64,000 bases of DNA from Acutalibacteraceae bacterium. Its GTDB lineage: Bacteria; Bacillota; Clostridia; Oscillospirales; Acutalibacteraceae. This document shows positions 59,799 to 64,000 of the stretch, piece by piece. Within the stretch, counting starts at the first letter, position 1. Each line of letters starts with the position of its first letter. The notes beneath the pieces are model-generated. The model was given only the letters and a program-made list of their open reading frames with translations, did no database searches and was not told the origin of the DNA. Position numbers and translations under genes: made by a program. The stretch covers positions 4,541-68,540 of the forward strand of contig JAZOQV010000055.1 of NCBI GenBank assembly GCA_045656265.1, in the 5' to 3' direction.

Positions 59799-59845
59799 TG
59801 CCCCCTGCTGTAGTAAACACTTACAAAACAAGGAGAATATAAAAA

Positions 59846-60442
59846 ATGAAACAGGATGAATTACGCCAAGCTCTGATTGATGGCGCTATCCATGTCATTG
59901 CTCAGAACGGATTTGACAAGGCAACAACAAAAGCGATAAGCACCGCAACAGGTATTAACGAGGTATATATATACCGGCTCTTTGGTAGCAAAGAAAAGGT
60001 ATTTGATGCCGCTTTCGAGTATCTTGATAGACAACTTGTAAGTAAAGCCATGCTTCATATCGACGTTATGTATATATCCGAGATGGATTACGAAACAAGA
60101 TGCAGAATATATTTTTTAGCGATATGGCGTTTTCTTATAGGTAACAGAGATGAAATTCTTATGTACGTCCGTTATTATTATTCGCAATATTTTAAAAAAC
60201 ATTCTGCCGCCGCGCATAAAATTAGATATCGACCGTTAGTAGATAAGTTCGGCGATGCGTTCCGTGATGAAGCGAATATATGGCTGATTCTCATTTATAT
60301 ATTAAATGTAATGCTTGACTTTGCAATAAAGGTACATAACGACGAGATGCCCAATGAGGATGATTATACCGAGCATGTGTTTCGTGTAATCTTTCAATCT
60401 ATTAAGCAATATTTTAGAGTAAATGAGGAGAGAGGTTCATAA
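59846..60442 (+). CDS. TetR/AcrR family transcriptional regulator
   Basis: N-terminal HTH GFDKATTKAISTATGINEVYIYRLFGSKE, 198 aa. Confidence 0.8.
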   Translation: MKQDELRQALIDGAIHVIAQNGFDKATTKAISTATGINEVYIYRLFGSKEKVFDAAFEYLDRQLVSKAMLHIDVMYISEMDYETRCRIYFLAIWRFLIGNRDEILMYVRYYYSQYFKKHSAAAHKIRYRPLVDKFGDAFRDEANIWLILIYILNVMLDFAIKVHNDEMPNEDDYTEHVFRVIFQSIKQYFRVNEERGS

Positions 60443-60443
60443 T

Positions 60444-61169
60444 ATGAAAAAAGCTCTGAGTATAATCAAAACAACATTTGTGTGGTTGATGGTGTTACTT
60501 GCGGTAACGATGATGATTTTTACCGTTATTTCTTGCACAACCTTTAACCGTAATGACCGTAGCTTATTCGGATTTAAAATGTATATCGTCAATTCTGACT
60601 CGATGGCAGCAACCGATTTTGAAGCAGGCGATTTAATTCTTGCAAAAGAGGTAGACCCCTCTACTCTCAAAGAAGGCGATATTATTACCTTTATGTCGCA
60701 GGATACCGATAGCTTCGGCGAAACTATTACCCATAAAATCCGCAAAGTAACAACAGATGCCGAAGGTAATCCGGGATTCATTACATATGGTACAACCACT
60801 AATACTGATGACGAAGCAATTGTTACCTATCCTTATGTTTTAGGTAAGTACGAAAGCCATGTTCAAAGCTTAGGTACTTTCTTCAACTTTTTAAAAACTA
60901 CACCCGGCTATTTCGTGTGCATATTCACACCTTTTATGTTGATTATCCTTTATGAAGGTTTGAGATTTTTTAACCTGTTCCGCAGATATAAGAGGGAACA
61001 GATTGAAGAGCTGCAGGCAGAAAAAGAAAAAATCGAGGTTGAGAAAGCAGAAAATGCTAAAATGCTCGAAGAGCTCAAAGCTCTGAAAGCGCAACTCGAA
61101 TGCAATCAGACTGCGTCTGCAGTGGCTAAAAATACGTCAGAAAAATCGGACGCAAACATTGACCCATAG
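60444..61169 (+). CDS. sipW: SipW-type (ER/archaeal-type) signal peptidase I with a C-terminal TM + coiled-coil extension
   Basis: N-terminal TM, catalytic Ser in VNSDSM, GDIITF, His in ITHKI, YGTTTNTDDE block. GGAGAGAGG RBS before ATG 60444. Confidence 0.7.
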   Translation: MKKALSIIKTTFVWLMVLLAVTMMIFTVISCTTFNRNDRSLFGFKMYIVNSDSMAATDFEAGDLILAKEVDPSTLKEGDIITFMSQDTDSFGETITHKIRKVTTDAEGNPGFITYGTTTNTDDEAIVTYPYVLGKYESHVQSLGTFFNFLKTTPGYFVCIFTPFMLIILYEGLRFFNLFRRYKREQIEELQAEKEKIEVEKAENAKMLEELKALKAQLECNQTASAVAKNTSEKSDANIDP

Positions 61170-61204
61170 TTATTTCCCAGCAAAAGAAAGTAGTTGATTC
61201 TAAA

Positions 61205-61372
61205 ATGTTAAATTTTATTTTAGGTGTGTTAGTAGGCGGTTTAGTTGGCTTTGTCGTGTGTGCCATTTGTGCTGCCACCGAAAACAATGAGAGCGCAGAA
61301 GCCCAGTGGCTAAATGAATCAGAAAAAGATAATAACTCTGCACAGTTAGATAAAGAAAATCTCACAAAATAA
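61205..61372 (+). CDS. small membrane peptide (DUF3789-like?), not in the ORF track
   Basis: 55 codons. MLNFILGVLVGGLVGFVVCAICAA then an acidic tail. A truncated paralogous copy lies at 61550-61615. Weak RBS. Confidence 0.35.
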   Translation: MLNFILGVLVGGLVGFVVCAICAATENNESAEAQWLNESEKDNNSAQLDKENLTK

Positions 61373-61549
61373 TAAATAGTATTTTACCTTATTTCGTGCT
61401 ACCCCATTCCAATCGCTATTAAGAATGGGACAGCAATCAAAGGGCGTAAATAATGACAAATGTATAAGGATTTGCACCTTTTGATTGCTGTAAATTATTT
61501 ATATATAACTACGGCAAAAGCACATTCCCATAAAAGCAAAACCATTCCA

Positions 61550-61615
61550 TTGTTACATTTTGTTTTAAGCATTATTGTAGGTGGCATAGTTGATTTTGTC
61601 TGTGCAATATTATAG
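61550..61615 (+). pseudogene. truncated paralog of the 61205 small peptide
   Basis: TTG-LHFVLSIIVGGIVDFVCAIL-stop. Nucleotide-level similarity includes the upstream CCCATA...AAAAG segment. Confidence 0.3.
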
Positions 61616-61674
61616 TGCAGCAGGACCTGATAAGTAAGCAGAACCCCGTTGTAGTAAAGAATCAGGAGAGAAAA

Positions 61675-61902
61675 ATGCCCGTAAACAAAACAGATATCAT
61701 GGTTTGGTGCCTCTTTGGAGTCATTGCAACTATTTTCCTTATTTTAGCACTAATTAGATTAGTTGATTTCTCCAAAGAATTTTCAGCAACGCTTTACTAT
61801 TTGAATATGGAAATTAAACGCGCTAACGGTATGGACCGTAGTCACTGGATTCGTCAAAGACGAAGATTATGGTTGTCTCTAATACCGTTTATAAAGTACT
61901 AA
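61675..61902 (+). CDS. small membrane protein, hypothetical
   Basis: 75 aa from ATG 61675 (AGGAGAG RBS). One TM segment and a basic C-terminus. Confidence 0.45.
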   Translation: MPVNKTDIMVWCLFGVIATIFLILALIRLVDFSKEFSATLYYLNMEIKRANGMDRSHWIRQRRRLWLSLIPFIKY

Positions 61903-62034
61903 TTTACTTACAATCAGAGATTTTCTCTGTGAAGTAAGCGAGGTAATAAAAAACGTGTCTTGTCTTCGAACTTTTAATACCTCGTGCCGCCCATCAACCT
62001 CTCTGATGGGCGGCAAGCCACTGCCTACAACTCG

Positions 62035-62048
62035 CCAACAATTGTTGG
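62035..62048. promoter_or_regulatory. 14-bp perfect palindrome, candidate TetR operator
   Basis: CCAACAATTGTTGG lies about 55 bp upstream of the TasA-like gene start. Confidence 0.35.
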
Positions 62049-62103
62049 AACGTGGTTAATATATATTAAGATGTTGGCAAGAAAAAAGGAGGTCATTAGG
62101 AAA

Positions 62104-64000
62104 ATGACAAATCAAAAATCCACAAAGCGCGCTCTTTTAGGCAGTGCACTCGCTTTATTCGTTTGCGTTTCAATGCTTATTGGTAGCACTTTAGCTTGGT
62201 TCACAGACTCCGTTACCTCTAATGGTAATAAAATTCAGTCTGGCACATTAAAAGTTGACCTTGAAATGTTGGGTGAAAACGGCATTTGGAAGTCAATTAA
62301 GGAGGACAAAAGCGCACTTTTTAATTATGACAAATGGGAACCCGGTTACACCGAATTTAAAATTTTAAAAATTGAAAATGAAGGTAGTTTGGCACTCAAG
62401 TGGATGGCAAAATTTGTTTCGGACAAAGAGATTTCTATTATTGCTGATGTAATTGACGTTTATGTTTACCCAAGTGAAACAGAGTTTACATATCCTACTG
62501 ACCGTAATCTTGATGGTTACACCAAGGTTGGTACTGTTCGTGATTTCGTAAATACCATTGAAAGCACCACCAACGGAAATCTTAAAGCTGGCGAGGTTGC
62601 TTATCTTGGCATCGCTCTTAAAATGCAAGAGAGTGCAGGAAATGACTATCAAAACAAAATTCTCGGTGCGTTTGATATCCAGATAGTTGCTACTCAACTT
62701 AACTCTGAATTAGATAGTTTTGACAAAAATTATGATATTGACGCTTCTCTCAATTTTGCTCCCATTTCCAATGCAAATGAATTAAAGGTTGCTTTAGCAA
62801 ATAAGGAAGAAAATATTGTTCTCACCGATAATATCGTGGTAGATGATTCTTTTGATGTTGATTACGATGCACACGTTGACGGTGCGGGTTATACAATTCG
62901 TCGTACCGATGGTACTGCTCTTATGTCTGTCGATGTAGATACTCCGGATATTTATACAGGCGCGTTTTTTACTGTAAAAACAGGTGCTACGCTTACCCTT
63001 GAAAACATCATCGTTGATGGTGGCGCAATGTGGACCGGTGAAATTAACCAAGTTCTCCAACGCGGTACCACTAATTCAGGTGTAACCGCAACAGGAGCTC
63101 TTGTTGTAGCTGAAAGTAATGCACATATCGTTCTTGGAGAAGGCGCAGTTCTTCAGAACAACGACGGTGCAAATGCAGTTAACCTTGGTACACGTGTAGG
63201 TAGCACCCTAACCATTAACGGCGGTGAAATCATCAATAACTCTTCTGCAGCAGGTGCTATCTGGGGCGGCGGTGAAATCACCCTTAATTCTGGTAAAATT
63301 AGCAATAACTATGGTGGAATTGGTGGCGCTATTCGCGTTGTAACCAACATTGGTACCGTTCTAACAATGAACGGTGGCGAAATCAACCACAACTATTCAG
63401 CAGGAGTTGGCGGTGCTATTTGGGCAGGTTCCTCACGCAGCAACAATGTCTATGTGCTTAACGGCGGAGAAATGGCTTATAACTACTCCCAGCAAGCAGG
63501 TGGCGCTATTTATGCTGGTTATTATGAAACCGTTAAGATTGGCGGAACCTTTAAGATGCATGACAACGCTGCGCCCTCTTACGGAGCTATCCGTTTTCAC
63601 GACCATGCAAGCTTTGTAATGACAGGCGGCGAGATTTACGATAACGGAATAAACTCTTTATTCTTAAATAATAACTCCGCATCCATTACCGGCGGCAAGA
63701 TTACCGACAGCTTTGGATACAATGGTGGCTTGGGTCTTACTTGGGGTGAAGCCGAGGTTGATGGCGTTATCGCCTACAACCTCAGCACGAACCACAATAC
63801 CGCATATCTCGCAAAGAATTTTGGCACATTAAAGTTTACTGTAAATGAAGCCGATGCCGACTTTGCTAACTTCAACTTCAAACCTGCATCCGATTACATA
63901 TACACAGAGGGTGATGAAGCAAAATTGGTGTGTATGAACGAGGGGTACGAAACCTATTGGGATACAACTACCAAAACCTTCCGCTTAAAAGCAAATAAGG
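62104..64000 (+). CDS. TasA/camelysin-like N-terminal domain fused to a beta-helix repeat region (partial; runs off the window)
   Basis: Not in the ORF track because it is open-ended. I translated frame 1 from ATG 62104 (AAGGAGG RBS) with no stop up to 64000. SipW-type signal KRALLGSALALFVCVSMLIGSTLAWFTD, a TasA-like core, then repeated GGEI.N....GGAI coils. Confidence 0.75.
   Translation, partial: MTNQKSTKRALLGSALALFVCVSMLIGSTLAWFTDSVTSNGNKIQSGTLKVDLEMLGENGIWKSIKEDKSALFNYDKWEPGYTEFKILKIENEGSLALKWMAKFVSDKEISIIADVIDVYVYPSETEFTYPTDRNLDGYTKVGTVRDFVNTIESTTNGNLKAGEVAYLGIALKMQESAGNDYQNKILGAFDIQIVATQLNSELDSFDKNYDIDASLNFAPISNANELKVALANKEENIVLTDNIVVDDSFDVDYDAHVDGAGYTIRRTDGTALMSVDVDTPDIYTGAFFTVKTGATLTLENIIVDGGAMWTGEINQVLQRGTTNSGVTATGALVVAESNAHIVLGEGAVLQNNDGANAVNLGTRVGSTLTINGGEIINNSSAAGAIWGGGEITLNSGKISNNYGGIGGAIRVVTNIGTVLTMNGGEINHNYSAGVGGAIWAGSSRSNNVYVLNGGEMAYNYSQQAGGAIYAGYYETVKIGGTFKMHDNAAPSYGAIRFHDHASFVMTGGEIYDNGINSLFLNNNSASITGGKITDSFGYNGGLGLTWGEAEVDGVIAYNLSTNHNTAYLAKNFGTLKFTVNEADADFANFNFKPASDYIYTEGDEAKLVCMNEGYETYWDTTTKTFRLKANK

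Larger units (their letters stand above)
55277..64000. mobile_element. integrated element inserted in the SASP gene (left end only; right end outside the window)
   Basis: A large serine recombinase sits at the junction. Downstream are AT-rich intergenic stretches, replication-like, XRE and KTR genes typical of clostridial mobile elements, and accessory cargo. The 3' half of the SASP gene was not found in the window. Confidence 0.65.

Noticed and set aside
62365-63619. Track ORFs 62365-62697 (-), 62794-63060 (-) and 63374-63619 (+).
   Set aside because: All lie inside the long open-ended frame-1 ORF starting at 62104, which has an RBS, a SipW-type signal and coherent repeats.
55291-64000. Search for the missing 3' half of the SASP gene (a segment encoding ...NGxVGGE(I/M)xKR...) within the element-side sequence.
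   Set aside because: It was not found in any frame that I read through the intergenic regions 57141-57398, 58110-58735, 59015-59490 and 61373-62103. The right junction is presumably beyond 64000.

Overview
The window looks like a low-GC, spore-forming Firmicutes (Clostridia-like) chromosome, based on an alpha/beta-type SASP gene, FtsK/SpoIIIE, a YetF-type DUF421/DUF4363 pair and cell-wall amidases. Positions 1-55200 are mostly recognisable core genes: ftsK, ygiQ, two rubrerythrins with a Fur/PerR-like regulator, ddh, ssrA+smpB, amidase+GHL10, rpmB, copA, mscL, a GH78 rhamnosidase, yhaM, ung, ogg, a ThrE-like exporter pair, Lrp+aminotransferase, a DUF5058/M20 trio, a ZTP riboswitch driving glyA-fhs, deoD-cdd-pdp, birA, hppA and nudF. 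RNA genes are tRNA-Gln(CUG), tRNA-Val(GAC), tRNA-Thr(GGU) and tmRNA. No CRISPR array, rRNA or classical IS element was seen.

Four regions stand out:
1. The tRNA-Gln locus (14430-15007). An intact tRNA-Gln, a 5' tRNA-Gln fragment and a 3' remnant are interleaved with two diverged 116-nt elements whose differences are compensatory in two stems. I could not assign this candidate structured RNA or tRNA-associated element to a known family.
2. An AraC-divergent operon (7813-11841) encoding a U32-like protein and three tandem QueG/reductive-dehalogenase-like Fe-S paralogs.
3. An alpha/beta-type SASP gene truncated at about 55277 by a mobile element that starts with a large serine recombinase. The right end of the element lies beyond the window.
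4. The cargo of that element: a RepA_N-like gene with iteron-like repeats, an XRE repressor, a promoter-leader-terminator unit, and a TetR / SipW-type signal peptidase / TasA-like beta-helix fusion module.

All calls come from reading the sequence and ORF translations by eye. No database searches were run.
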